A stretch of DNA of 64,000 nucleotides from contig JAVHQC010000029.1 of assembly GCA_036170915.1 (NCBI GenBank), positions 160,001 through 224,000 on the forward strand, given 5' to 3'. The position numbers were made by a program, and so were the translations under genes. Shown one piece after another: positions 48,981-58,806 of the stretch (the stretch's first letter is position 1; each line of letters opens with the position of its first letter). Below the pieces are notes generated by a model. The model saw only the letters and a program-made list of their open reading frames with translations. It was not told the origin of the DNA and searched no databases. This DNA is from Cyanobacteria bacterium auto_48_18. Lineage in GTDB: Bacteria > Cyanobacteriota > Vampirovibrionia > Obscuribacterales > Obscuribacteraceae.

Positions 48981-51686
48981 GTGAAACACATGAATGACTT
49001 ACGGCCAGATCCTGGATTATTTCTCACTCGCTTGAAAGAAGAAGAGGCCAGAAGCGAACGCGGTCGTCTCAAAATTTTCTTCGGAGCGGTGGCCGGAGTC
49101 GGTAAAACTTATGCCATGCTCAGCGCCGCACACAAACTGCAAGAGCAAGGAGTAGACGTTGTAGTGGGCTGTGCTGAAACCCACGGACGTCTGGAAACTG
49201 CCAGCTTACTTGACGGTCTGGAAATTTTACAACGCACTAAAGTTGACTATAAAGGTGCCGCTTTAGAAGAGTTCGACATTGATGCTGCCATCGCCCGCAA
49301 GCCACAACTGATTCTGGTAGACGAATTAGCCCATACCAACGCTCCTGGGTCTAGGCACGCAAAACGCTGGCAAGACGTGCAAGAATTGCTGGAAGCAAAA
49401 ATCGATGTTTTCACCACTGTAAACGTGCAGCATATTGAAAGTTTGCACGACATTGTCTCGCAAATTACCGGGGTGCAGGTTCAAGAGCGCATACCTGATT
49501 CACTGCTGGAAGCCGCAGCCGAAATAGAGTTGATTGATTTGCCGCCGGACCAATTAATTCAGCGCCTGCGCGACGGTAAAATTTACATTTCTGAAAGAGC
49601 TCAATCAGCCCTCGATAATTTCTTCCGCAAAGGTAATTTAATTGCTCTGCGCGAGCTGGCACTCAGATGTACCGCTGAACATGTAGATGATGAAATGCTG
49701 CGCTACCGAGAAGCTCACAGCATCAGCGAAACCTGGCCTGCTACAGACCGCATGCTGGTTTGTGTCAGCAACAGCCCACTATCAATTCGCCTGGTCAGGG
49801 CTACTAAACGCATGGCTGGAGCCTTGCGAGCTAAATGGTATGTAGCCTTTGTTGAGACCCCAGCCTATCTGCAATTACCAGACAGCGAAAAGGCCAGGGT
49901 AATTCAAACTTTGCGTCTGGCCGAACAACTTGGAGCAGAAATTTTAGAGCTGCGCGGCAACAATGTCAGCGAAGAGCTGGTGCGCTGGGCCAGAAGCAAT
50001 AACGTCACTAAAATAGTCATTGGTAAGCCTGCCCAAAGCCGCTGGCTAGACCTTATGCGTGGCTCGATTATCGATGAAATTATTCGTCAAAGCGGCAACA
50101 TAGATGTGTACGTGATCACGGGTGATGGAGCAAACCCTGAACCGCCTAAGACACGGCGTCTAAGGCGGTCACACTATCCGAAGGCATACCTCTGGGCCGG
50201 CTTGATCATCGGCATATGTACGACTATCGCGGCCCTCATGAGTGGGCATTTTGAACTGTCAAACGTAATCATGATTTACATGCTGGGTGTGGTTATTGTG
50301 GCCACACAGTTTGGCCGAGGACCAGCAGCTTTAGCCTCAATTATCAGCGTTGCTTGCTTCGATTTCTTCTTTGTGCCACCACGCTTTACTTTTGCTGTTT
50401 CTGATACTCAATATCTGGTGACTTTTACAGTGATGCTGATTGTTGCTTTGGTAATAAGCACACTTACAGCGCGTATACGCCAGCAAGCTCAATCAGCAAG
50501 GTTACGCGAAGGACGCACAGCAGCACTTTATTCTATGAGTCGAGAGCTTTCGTCAACTCTTAAGCTCGAAGATCTTGTGGAGATTGGCCTAAAGCATACA
50601 GCTGAAACTTTTACCTCAAAAGTTGCTCTGCTTCTGCCTGACTTCGGTGGAACTTTGCATGTACAGTCACAACCGTCTTCAACACTAGAAGTAGACCAGG
50701 GCGTGGCAATATGGACATTTAAAAACAAGCAGCCGGCCGGGCTAAACACCAATACCTTACCTGGTGCCAATGCGCTATATGTGCCTTTACTTGGCCCCAC
50801 ACGCGTAATAGGGGTTCTCGCCATTAAGCCGGCTGATACCGACAGATTTATGGCACCAGAGCAATTACATTTACTGGAAACCTTCGCCAATCAATTGGCC
50901 ATTGCCATAGAACGAGCACAACTGGCAGACGAAAATGAATTGGCCATGCTGCAAGTAAAAGCAGAACAATTGAGGAATAGTCTACTAAGCTCAGTTTCGC
51001 ACGATCTGCGCACTCCCCTTGCCACCATTACCGGTGCCGCCAGCAGTATCGTGGAAGGCTCGGCTGACATTACCGTTTCGGCCTGCAAAGAAATGGCGCA
51101 AGAAATAGTGCAAGAGTCAGAGCGCCTCAATCGTCTGGTGGGTAACTTACTGGACATGACAAAAGTACAATCAGGCAATTTAAGAGTCACCAAAGAATGG
51201 TGCCCGATGGATGAGATTTTCGGCGCGGCGCTAAGCTATCTTGACGATCGCTTGCAACAGCGACCGGTGCGAGTGATTATCTCTGACAATCTAACGTCTG
51301 TGCCTGTAGATTCGACTCTGATACAACAAGTGCTGGTCAATCTTTTAGAAAACGCTCTGAAATATACTCCTGCTGATTCTGAAATTGTTTTACGAGCATC
51401 GGCTCAAGACCAGTTTGCGCAAATAGAAGTGGCTGACCGGGGCGAAGGAATTCCTGTAGAAAATCACGAGCGGATTTTCGAAAAATTCTTTAGAGAAGAC
51501 CATTCTGACAAACCCGGCGTCGGCCTGGGCCTGGCCATTTGCAGCGGCATTGTAGAAGCGCACGGTGGCAAAATCTGGATGCAAAATCGCCCTGGTGGCG
51601 GAGCAGTTTTCAAATTTACATTACCGCTGAGCGGCGAGGCGCCTCAGGTAAAAGATCTCGAGATCCTTGAGAATGAAAATGACTGA
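48981..51686 (+). CDS. kdpD: full-length sensor kinase KdpD
   Basis: GAVAGVGKT, DELAHTN..GSRH.KRWQD, Usp, four TM segments, GAF, SHDLRTPL. Confidence 0.97.
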   Translation: MKHMNDLRPDPGLFLTRLKEEEARSERGRLKIFFGAVAGVGKTYAMLSAAHKLQEQGVDVVVGCAETHGRLETASLLDGLEILQRTKVDYKGAALEEFDIDAAIARKPQLILVDELAHTNAPGSRHAKRWQDVQELLEAKIDVFTTVNVQHIESLHDIVSQITGVQVQERIPDSLLEAAAEIELIDLPPDQLIQRLRDGKIYISERAQSALDNFFRKGNLIALRELALRCTAEHVDDEMLRYREAHSISETWPATDRMLVCVSNSPLSIRLVRATKRMAGALRAKWYVAFVETPAYLQLPDSEKARVIQTLRLAEQLGAEILELRGNNVSEELVRWARSNNVTKIVIGKPAQSRWLDLMRGSIIDEIIRQSGNIDVYVITGDGANPEPPKTRRLRRSHYPKAYLWAGLIIGICTTIAALMSGHFELSNVIMIYMLGVVIVATQFGRGPAALASIISVACFDFFFVPPRFTFAVSDTQYLVTFTVMLIVALVISTLTARIRQQAQSARLREGRTAALYSMSRELSSTLKLEDLVEIGLKHTAETFTSKVALLLPDFGGTLHVQSQPSSTLEVDQGVAIWTFKNKQPAGLNTNTLPGANALYVPLLGPTRVIGVLAIKPADTDRFMAPEQLHLLETFANQLAIAIERAQLADENELAMLQVKAEQLRNSLLSSVSHDLRTPLATITGAASSIVEGSADITVSACKEMAQEIVQESERLNRLVGNLLDMTKVQSGNLRVTKEWCPMDEIFGAALSYLDDRLQQRPVRVIISDNLTSVPVDSTLIQQVLVNLLENALKYTPADSEIVLRASAQDQFAQIEVADRGEGIPVENHERIFEKFFREDHSDKPGVGLGLAICSGIVEAHGGKIWMQNRPGGGAVFKFTLPLSGEAPQVKDLEILENEND

Positions 51687-52374
51687 GAGCAAACCACTAA
51701 TTTTGGTCGTGGAAGACGAAACGCCAATCAGGCGCTTTCTAAAAATGACCCTTGTGGATCACGGCTTTGACTTTGCCGAGGCGGTTAACGGCAAAGAAGG
51801 ACTGATGTTTGTAGCCAGTCGCCGGCCCGACTTGCTCATTCTCGATTTAGGCCTGCCAGACATAGACGGGCTAGCAGTCACCCGTGAACTGAGAGAATGG
51901 AGCAATGTACCGATCATTATTTTGTCGGCCAGAGGCCAAGAAAAAGATAAAGTGGAGGCCCTTGACAGTGGTGCCGATGATTACCTGACCAAGCCCTTCG
52001 GCATTGCCGAGCTACTAGCTCGCATACGTGTTGCTCTTCGCCACGGCGAAAAATCCACACAAGGAACTCCTGACACGGTGTTTGCTTTCGGCGAAATAAC
52101 CACCGATCTAGTGAAACGTCAGATCACTCGTGGGGGCGAAGAAATTCATCTCACACCAATAGAATACAAATTGCTTTCCATTCTAATCAAGCATGCCGGC
52201 AAAGTGGTGACACACAATCTTTTGCTTAAAGAAACATGGGGTGCCGGATACCAGCAAGAAACCCATTATTTGCGGGTCTACATGGCTCAGCTAAGACGAA
52301 AACTAGAACGCGATTCTGCTCATCCGATGCACCTGATTACCGAACCGGGCATTGGTTATCGACTCAGGTCTTGA
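51679..52374 (+). CDS. kdpE: response regulator KdpE
   Basis: EDE..IRRFL, LDLGLPD.DG, HLTPIEY.LL, HYLRVYMAQLRRKLE. Start ATG 51679. Confidence 0.96.
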   Translation: MTESKPLILVVEDETPIRRFLKMTLVDHGFDFAEAVNGKEGLMFVASRRPDLLILDLGLPDIDGLAVTRELREWSNVPIIILSARGQEKDKVEALDSGADDYLTKPFGIAELLARIRVALRHGEKSTQGTPDTVFAFGEITTDLVKRQITRGGEEIHLTPIEYKLLSILIKHAGKVVTHNLLLKETWGAGYQQETHYLRVYMAQLRRKLERDSAHPMHLITEPGIGYRLRS

Positions 52375-52462
52375 GGCGGTACACTCATCTTCTTTTCCTA
52401 AGCTCTTGTAGACGATTTGATACGGCTGCTGTGATAATATCGGCTCTTCTGTATCCTGAACC

Positions 52463-53650
52463 ATGAGGCTCGCAATGAAGAGTAGTCAGATTTGGCAACG
52501 CAGCGCTCTTTCACTATGCCTTCAAATTACGGTCTGTGCTCTGGCTGCTCAGGCTATAGAGATTGGAGAATGTGTAGTGCTTGATCCCACTGGCGCTGCC
52601 ACCACTTGGGAAACCGGAAAAGTTATAGGCAAAGATGCCACAGGTTACACTATTCGCATGCTGGGAGTGGGCAAATACACTGGTGAATATCATGTGCCAG
52701 AGCACTACATTCACGGCTATCACAAGAATGTTCCAGCCCCGGCAGCAGCAGCCGCCTCATCATCTTCATCTTCTGCTTCTGCTTCTGCTTCTGCTTCTGC
52801 TTCTGCTTCTCGTTCATCATCGCCTTTCACCCCGTCACACTCGCCAACTCCAGGTAACACAGACTCTGCTCGCGAGAGCTGGAAAGCTCTTTCAGCCGAT
52901 ATTGATGAAAGAATTCGCAAATCAAAGGCCGGGGCTTCTGCACCACCCGGCTCAATTGGGCCAGCTAAAGCCGTTTCAGGCTCCAAAAGTTTAAGTGGCC
53001 TGTACTTGCGTCATGAACAGTCTTTCTCGGGAACTTCGCTTAACTATAGGGAAGACCACTATTTGTTCTTCCCAGATGGTCGGGTCTATCACGGTGTGCC
53101 ACCAGAAGGTCCAAGCAATTTTAACTGGGCTAAAGAACAAAAGGTTCACCCCGAGCGCTGCGGTCAGTATGGTATCAACGGCGACCAGATAACCCTTGCT
53201 TATAGCGGTTCAGCACCTTACACATGGAAGCTGAAAATTAGAAGTGCTAACGAAATGGAGATGAATATGTCTCCTACGGTAAGAGTCGAGAAGTTTGGCG
53301 CTAATGCTAAATTGAGTGGAAACTATCAACGCGGCACTACATACGGTGCCAGCTATAGTTATGCTGGTGCTCCGACAGTCACAGCTGCGGGAACTTACAT
53401 ATTTAGCCCAAATGGCACTGTTACTTGCGATACAACAAAAGGTATCGACGGCGACACCAAAATCACTGGGGTCTCGGTTGGTATACAGCAAGGAAATCAA
53501 GGCACGTACACAATTAATGGCAATGACATGACGATGAACCTGGGCGGCCACAGCATGCGTTGTACCGTATATCCAATTTATGACCGAGGTAATTCTCAGC
53601 TACCTGCGCGAATTTCAATTGATGGTGCGCTTTACGAGCGCAAGAAGTAG
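52463..53650 (+). CDS. exported hypothetical protein (small beta-barrel-like N domain, Ser/Ala linker, beta-rich C domain)
   Basis: Signal peptide, WETGKVIG..YTIR, low-complexity linker, YLFFPDGRVY and YIFSPNG. Confidence 0.7.
   Translation: MRLAMKSSQIWQRSALSLCLQITVCALAAQAIEIGECVVLDPTGAATTWETGKVIGKDATGYTIRMLGVGKYTGEYHVPEHYIHGYHKNVPAPAAAAASSSSSSASASASASASASRSSSPFTPSHSPTPGNTDSARESWKALSADIDERIRKSKAGASAPPGSIGPAKAVSGSKSLSGLYLRHEQSFSGTSLNYREDHYLFFPDGRVYHGVPPEGPSNFNWAKEQKVHPERCGQYGINGDQITLAYSGSAPYTWKLKIRSANEMEMNMSPTVRVEKFGANAKLSGNYQRGTTYGASYSYAGAPTVTAAGTYIFSPNGTVTCDTTKGIDGDTKITGVSVGIQQGNQGTYTINGNDMTMNLGGHSMRCTVYPIYDRGNSQLPARISIDGALYERKK
52772..52810. repeat. (TCTGCT)6 microsatellite encoding (Ser-Ala)n
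   Basis: Directly visible hexanucleotide repeat. Confidence 0.9.
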
Positions 53651-53817
53651 TCATTTTAGAACATTAGACAATCAACCTGCGGCCGCATCTGTGCATATTC
53701 TCATGATTTCGGCGCGGCTTTTTGCCTGTTGCCTTCTAACAACGTAGCAATGTTAACCCCGGAGAAGGGCCAGTAGAGCTACCTTAGGCAGACATAATGA
53801 CAACAAATTAGCCAGGC

Positions 53818-54987
53818 GTGTACTATGAAGACATGCCGGAAACCCCTACAGCTCCTCCAAAATTTTCGATCGAAACTGCCACCGCTGAAGTCGCAAGCCC
53901 TGCCTCGCGCAATGCTCGAGAGAAAACCATGACTGTAGGCACTTCTTTTGTGCGAAACATTTGGTATTTCGCCACCCTCAGTGACAAAGTCAAGACGGGC
54001 AAAACGATCTCGAAAGAGATGCTTGGCGAACTGATTTTGATTGGCCGTGACAAGGACGGCAAAGTCTTCGCAATGCGCGACATTTGCCCGCACCAGGGTG
54101 TGCCACTTAGTGCAGGTAGTTTTGATGGCTGCAAGTTGCAGTGTCCATACCATGGTTGGCGTTTCGACACTTCAGGTGTCTGCACTGAAATTCCAGACCT
54201 GGCTGAATGTAATAAAATGAACGTCGGTGCCTACAAAACACCATCCTTCCCTTGTGAAGAAGTTCAGGGCTGCATCTGGGTTTACTTCGGTGACGCCAAG
54301 GATAATTTGCCTGAAATACCAAGCGCACCACTTCTTGATGGTGGCACTTTCGCTCTAACAAGCACCACTTTAAGACTGCCGAATCATTTTGATTATCATG
54401 TAGTCGCTTTGCTTGATCCGGCTCATGTACCTTACGTCCACAAACAATGGTGGTGGTCGCGCGGAGCACACTCTATCAAAGAGAAGGTAAAAACCTATGT
54501 ACCGTGCGGTACTGGTTGGACCATGGTCAAGCACAAAAGACCGAAGCAATCTTTTCTGCTCAATTTTCTAGGTACTGATATCGAAACTGAAATTGGTTTC
54601 CGTCTGCCAGCCTATCGTATGGAACACATTATCACCGGCGGCAAGGCAGTTTTATCAGGCATCACAACGCTTACACCTATCGACGAAAACACCACAGAAT
54701 TTACACATATAACTTACTGGGCTGCGCCCTTTGCCCGTCTGTTCGCGCCGCTGGTGCGACCTTTCATTAATTGGGGAGTCTATAGTTTTGTTGTTCAAGA
54801 CGGTGGCATTGCCATCCTGCAAGCTAAGGGTTTGCGCTACAAGCCCAACCTAATCATGACGATAAGAGATTCCGGTACACCAAGTAAATGGTATTTCGCT
54901 CTTAAAAAAGAATGGAATGACTCTCAAGATGAAGGCCGACCCTTCGTCAATCCGATAGAAGAAACAATTTTGCGCTGGCGAACCTGA
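53818..54987 (+). CDS. Rieske non-heme iron oxygenase alpha subunit (VanA/PaO-like)
   Basis: CPHQG...CPYHGW Rieske motif and DPAHVPYVH mononuclear Fe motif. The start may be 53833 or 53929. Confidence 0.92.
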   Translation: MYYEDMPETPTAPPKFSIETATAEVASPASRNAREKTMTVGTSFVRNIWYFATLSDKVKTGKTISKEMLGELILIGRDKDGKVFAMRDICPHQGVPLSAGSFDGCKLQCPYHGWRFDTSGVCTEIPDLAECNKMNVGAYKTPSFPCEEVQGCIWVYFGDAKDNLPEIPSAPLLDGGTFALTSTTLRLPNHFDYHVVALLDPAHVPYVHKQWWWSRGAHSIKEKVKTYVPCGTGWTMVKHKRPKQSFLLNFLGTDIETEIGFRLPAYRMEHIITGGKAVLSGITTLTPIDENTTEFTHITYWAAPFARLFAPLVRPFINWGVYSFVVQDGGIAILQAKGLRYKPNLIMTIRDSGTPSKWYFALKKEWNDSQDEGRPFVNPIEETILRWRT

Positions 54988-54996
54988 GTTCGCTAA

Positions 54997-56487
54997 TTAT
55001 TTCTGCTCCGGAAACACAGTTTCATGTGAAATTTTAGTATTCCAGGGAATTTGCGATAACGGACTTTGCGGATTTCTCAAATAAGAGCTTGCCGCCAGCT
55101 CCATACTTGCCTGGTCTTGAGCTTGGATTTCGGGATTCCAAAAGCTGCGACCAATCAGATACTCACGATGATACTGCTCCCAGCTCGTATATCTGGACTG
55201 CATTTCTTTGGCGTTGTGCAACATAATCATAAGCGCATCGTGCTCGGTCAAAATTCCCGCTCGCAGTGCTTCTCTACAGAGATTTGTACTTCGCCCCAGG
55301 TCATATCCAATAACACCTCGTTCACCAAATTCATCACCGTATTTCATAACCAAATCAATCTTGCCGTACGTGGTGTGATGGTGATTGTCGAGAAGTTGTC
55401 TCCGTTTCTGCTCGGAGGTTCCGCGCAGAGTAGACTTCTCCTTCCATAGTTCCAGCCATTCGTTATTGCCGGCTCCCGATGACAGATACCAAATCATTTC
55501 TAAGGTCTCCGCGCGATCGGTAAAACCCCAGAGCTTTTGCATGGAGTCATGTGCTTCTTTCTTTACTTCGTCATTAGTAGGTTTGCCAGTCAAAGTCAAA
55601 AATCCAAGATTGTTTTGAAGAGCTAGCGGAAAGCCTACACAAATTAAAAATCTGCGCGCATTATTTGACTCTTTATTGGCGTGTTCATATTCAGCATCAG
55701 CAAGAATCTCTCGATAAGTACGAAGAGTATAGTAAGTCTTGTCATCAGCCAAATTGAGGTCTTCTCGCGCCTTTTCAAAGTCGAAAAGGCGTCTGTGAGC
55801 TTCGCTTCTGTCCTCATATATCTCCGCCGCATTGGGGTCGCTTTTGTCTCGGAGGGCCTCAGAATAATTATTAATCGCGGCGTTGAACTGACCTTCGGCG
55901 AATGCGATTCTTCCTCTTATGTGAAGCGGGTTCTTCCACTTCGGAGCCTCCAAAAGACACTTTTCAATATCAGTTTTAGCGGCATCCAGTCTAAATTGTT
56001 CGACATAAGCAGCGGCGCGCAGTCTTAAAAGCTCGGGATTGTTAGGCTCTTGACTGAGCAAACTGTCATAGACTACTGAAGCAAGTTCTGGATGTTGGTC
56101 ATTACAAAAGATCATTGCCTTCAACATTAACAACTCTTTGCTTTTCGGATGTTTATCAAGGGCTCTTTCTACAAGCGGCATTGCTTCTGTCAGCTCACCC
56201 AGGTAATACTCGGCTAAAATTCGACCAAAAGAAATACAAACAGAATCTGGGAATTTCTCAGCAGCTGATTTGAATAAGTCATTAGCAGTGTCCAGCTTCT
56301 GACTGTTTAGAGCCGTCCAGGCAGTTCGAAACGCTTTGAACTCGGCACTTTCTGTGTCTCGAGCAAACGCATTTGGCAACTTCGGCAGATATAAATCAGC
56401 GGCAACAGACGACCCCGGCGCTGTCACCTGCATTACAGCTACCAGTATTGCGATAACGCCAAAATGGCTTATTCTAGCTAAGTTCAT
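54997..56487 (-). CDS. exported TPR protein with C-terminal DUF1266-like domain
   Basis: Signal peptide, TPRs, then WG..DR, YDLGR..LCR...AG.LTE, Y.SW..Y..YL.GR.FW. Confidence 0.78.
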   Translation of the reverse strand: MNLARISHFGVIAILVAVMQVTAPGSSVAADLYLPKLPNAFARDTESAEFKAFRTAWTALNSQKLDTANDLFKSAAEKFPDSVCISFGRILAEYYLGELTEAMPLVERALDKHPKSKELLMLKAMIFCNDQHPELASVVYDSLLSQEPNNPELLRLRAAAYVEQFRLDAAKTDIEKCLLEAPKWKNPLHIRGRIAFAEGQFNAAINNYSEALRDKSDPNAAEIYEDRSEAHRRLFDFEKAREDLNLADDKTYYTLRTYREILADAEYEHANKESNNARRFLICVGFPLALQNNLGFLTLTGKPTNDEVKKEAHDSMQKLWGFTDRAETLEMIWYLSSGAGNNEWLELWKEKSTLRGTSEQKRRQLLDNHHHTTYGKIDLVMKYGDEFGERGVIGYDLGRSTNLCREALRAGILTEHDALMIMLHNAKEMQSRYTSWEQYHREYLIGRSFWNPEIQAQDQASMELAASSYLRNPQSPLSQIPWNTKISHETVFPEQK

Positions 56488-56647
56488 AAAAGCCTCGATT
56501 CCCGCACAGGTTATTAGTTCAATGCAGTATACTTTACCGTTAAAACCTTAGAAGCTATGACATAAGGGGCACTACCAGAAGTTAGTAGCGTGCAAAAATT
56601 CTGGTGTCTTATTTGGTGCGTGGTTCTTAATTTCGAATTTCGAAGAT

Positions 56648-57178
56648 ATGATTCTCGAGTTATTTCAGTCGCGGCATAAAGCTCCCCGAAAAAAGTTTCG
56701 AGGCAAAGCCCGTTATTTTAGGAAGATAACTCGCAGTGCAAGAGAGTTCTCATTGGCACCGGGTGTAGGTCCTTACTGCGATTTCTGGCACTATCACGCC
56801 GATTGGCCAGGATGGGGAAACATCAGCTGGTCTATCCGATTTGCGCACATTAAAGCCCTTGCAGAGGTCTTCTGTACTATCGACAAAAGCCGCAACTTCA
56901 TTTCGAAACCGTTCCAGTGTTGGATTTTGATTGTCGGTCGTGACGCTGGAGAGGATGCGACATTTTTACATACTCCAAATGCGAACGGCACTATATTTCC
57001 GTTTATACCTGAAATGGTAGACTGGCATGATGACCGGTTACTGCCTGTTTTTAAGGACCTGCTCCCAGACTACACACTAAGGATCGGTCATGTTCGTTCC
57101 TTAGACGAAGAGGAAGGAATGGCATACAGCAGCTTCTTTATTTACAGTCCTGAAGTCGGCGTACCGCTGGAGGAATGA
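56648..57178 (+). CDS. hypothetical protein
   Basis: 176-aa ATG ORF, Trp/His-rich (DFWHYHADW.GWGN). Confidence 0.7.
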   Translation: MILELFQSRHKAPRKKFRGKARYFRKITRSAREFSLAPGVGPYCDFWHYHADWPGWGNISWSIRFAHIKALAEVFCTIDKSRNFISKPFQCWILIVGRDAGEDATFLHTPNANGTIFPFIPEMVDWHDDRLLPVFKDLLPDYTLRIGHVRSLDEEEGMAYSSFFIYSPEVGVPLEE

Positions 57179-57232
57179 CACTACAGCGAGTGGCAAACTT
57201 CCCTTCTATTCGCTCTTCTAAGCGAAGCAGGA

Positions 57233-58726
57233 TCAGGCGACCACTTTTGATTTTGAAAATAGTCTGTTTATGTCTCGGGCAAAGGGATCCTCTTGTGGCT
57301 TTCTCCTATCCTTGAGAAGCGGAGTACCATCTTTGTAAGTTTGTGATTCAGTTTGAATGTAGTGAGTACCGCCCGCGGAGTCATCTACAATGACAGCACC
57401 ATACTTCTGCATTGTGTAGAAGAGTGCTTTCCCTTGCTTGGTTTCAAGTCCTATATCTTCAGGTTTCATCGACTGCGGAAATGTCAAAGTTGAACCCATG
57501 CGCAATTCTGGAACGTCTCCCTTATAAAGCTCCTGCCAGCCTCTATCTGCTTTCATAGATGGATGCTTCTTGCCTCCTTCTTCATTGCTCAGATACTTTC
57601 CCCACAACGTCAGTTGAATTTTATGACTTGGGGAAATACCTTGCCTTAGGCCCTCCATCTCATCGAAAGTGATTACCCCTGCCGCACTGGTTGCAGAGCC
57701 GCCATGGGCGCCCGACCGATCAGTGGCAATCATTTTGTTGCCTTTAACGTGAGCCTTGTTGAAACTCATATCTGTGCCATCAGGTTGAATCACCGTTAGA
57801 GAGTGATTCATGGAGTTGACACGCGGAAACTCTACGCCCTTTGGCCACTTAATAGTTCTGAGCAGGTCGCCTTGTTCATTGTTCTTCCAGCCACCTAAGC
57901 TATCGTAGACCGGCATATCAATTAGTTCTGAGGCTTTGTACTTGCGAGTGTCGACAAGGCGGCTGGTATCATTCCATATTTCTCCTTCCGGTTGTATGCG
58001 AGAGTCGACCAACTTGTTGTTCTTTGGAAGTGGCTCGAACCAGTAAGAGGTAGGTACGTTCGACCAATAGTTGTTGCGCGTATGAGTAAGGTCGGCCAGC
58101 GACGAACGTGGCGACCACCTTGCTGCTGATTCGCCAGGGCGAGTCATTTCATCTGGACGGTCTACAGGCTCTCTTGGAACTTCTACACGTGGTGCCTCGG
58201 GCTTAGGCACAGGAGTCTCCACACGTGGTGCCTCAGGCTTAGGCACAGGTACTTCTACACGTGGAGGTAAGGAAGGACGATTTAACTGAGACCAGTCAAT
58301 TGGAGCGTAACCGAGTTTGCCGAGAAGCTCTTGCAATAATTGCTTCACTTCCGTCACTTGTCTCTCTAGGCGGTTGCGCTCACCATCGGTAAGGGCACCA
58401 GGTTTGTTATCTCCAGGTTTGTCATCGCCGGGCTTGCACGAAAGCGATTCTGTCGGACGTGAGCTTCTCTGTTCACCGCATGGAGAATCAGTTGCTTCAG
58501 ATTTCGTGTTGTTAGTAAGGAGGTCTTTCGATAAACGAGATTGTGGGGTGGGTGAAGAATCTACTAATTGAAGGGAAGGCAAATCAAAATCGAAAACTTT
58601 TGCTTGATTGGCTGTTGAGAAACTGGCTCTCTTGCTCTCGCAAGGGTACTGCATTGCATTCTGGAAAAGGTTAGAGTGTGTAGCAACGTCAGTGCGTTCA
58701 GGTCTGGCGCAGTCAGATTTGTCCAT
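57233..58726 (-). CDS. hypothetical protein: disordered N-terminus, Pro-rich repeats, globular C-terminal domain
   Basis: GAGG RBS, LPSLQLVD, (PRVExPVPKPEA)n, C-terminal V.QPDG, L.MG and Q.YGA.IVDD. Confidence 0.75.
   Translation of the reverse strand: MDKSDCARPERTDVATHSNLFQNAMQYPCESKRASFSTANQAKVFDFDLPSLQLVDSSPTPQSRLSKDLLTNNTKSEATDSPCGEQRSSRPTESLSCKPGDDKPGDNKPGALTDGERNRLERQVTEVKQLLQELLGKLGYAPIDWSQLNRPSLPPRVEVPVPKPEAPRVETPVPKPEAPRVEVPREPVDRPDEMTRPGESAARWSPRSSLADLTHTRNNYWSNVPTSYWFEPLPKNNKLVDSRIQPEGEIWNDTSRLVDTRKYKASELIDMPVYDSLGGWKNNEQGDLLRTIKWPKGVEFPRVNSMNHSLTVIQPDGTDMSFNKAHVKGNKMIATDRSGAHGGSATSAAGVITFDEMEGLRQGISPSHKIQLTLWGKYLSNEEGGKKHPSMKADRGWQELYKGDVPELRMGSTLTFPQSMKPEDIGLETKQGKALFYTMQKYGAVIVDDSAGGTHYIQTESQTYKDGTPLLKDRRKPQEDPFARDINRLFSKSKVVA
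58176..58264. repeat. about 2.5 x 36-bp in-frame repeat
   Basis: ACACGTGGTGCCTCRGGCTTAGGCACAGG units encoding PRVE(V/T)PVPKPEA. Confidence 0.85.
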
Positions 58727-58761
58727 CTACTAAGCACCTCTCATTTGTGGGAGTAACACCA

Positions 58762-58806
58762 AGTGTAACTCTTGAATCTTGGCAAACCCGTGAAAAAAAA
58801 TCTGAC
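58762..58806 (-). promoter_or_regulatory. degenerate third copy of the TCACGGG-N3-GCCA promoter element
   Basis: Minus strand GTCAGATTTTTTTTCACGGGTTTGCCAAGATTCAAGAGTTACACT upstream of 58726. Confidence 0.5.
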
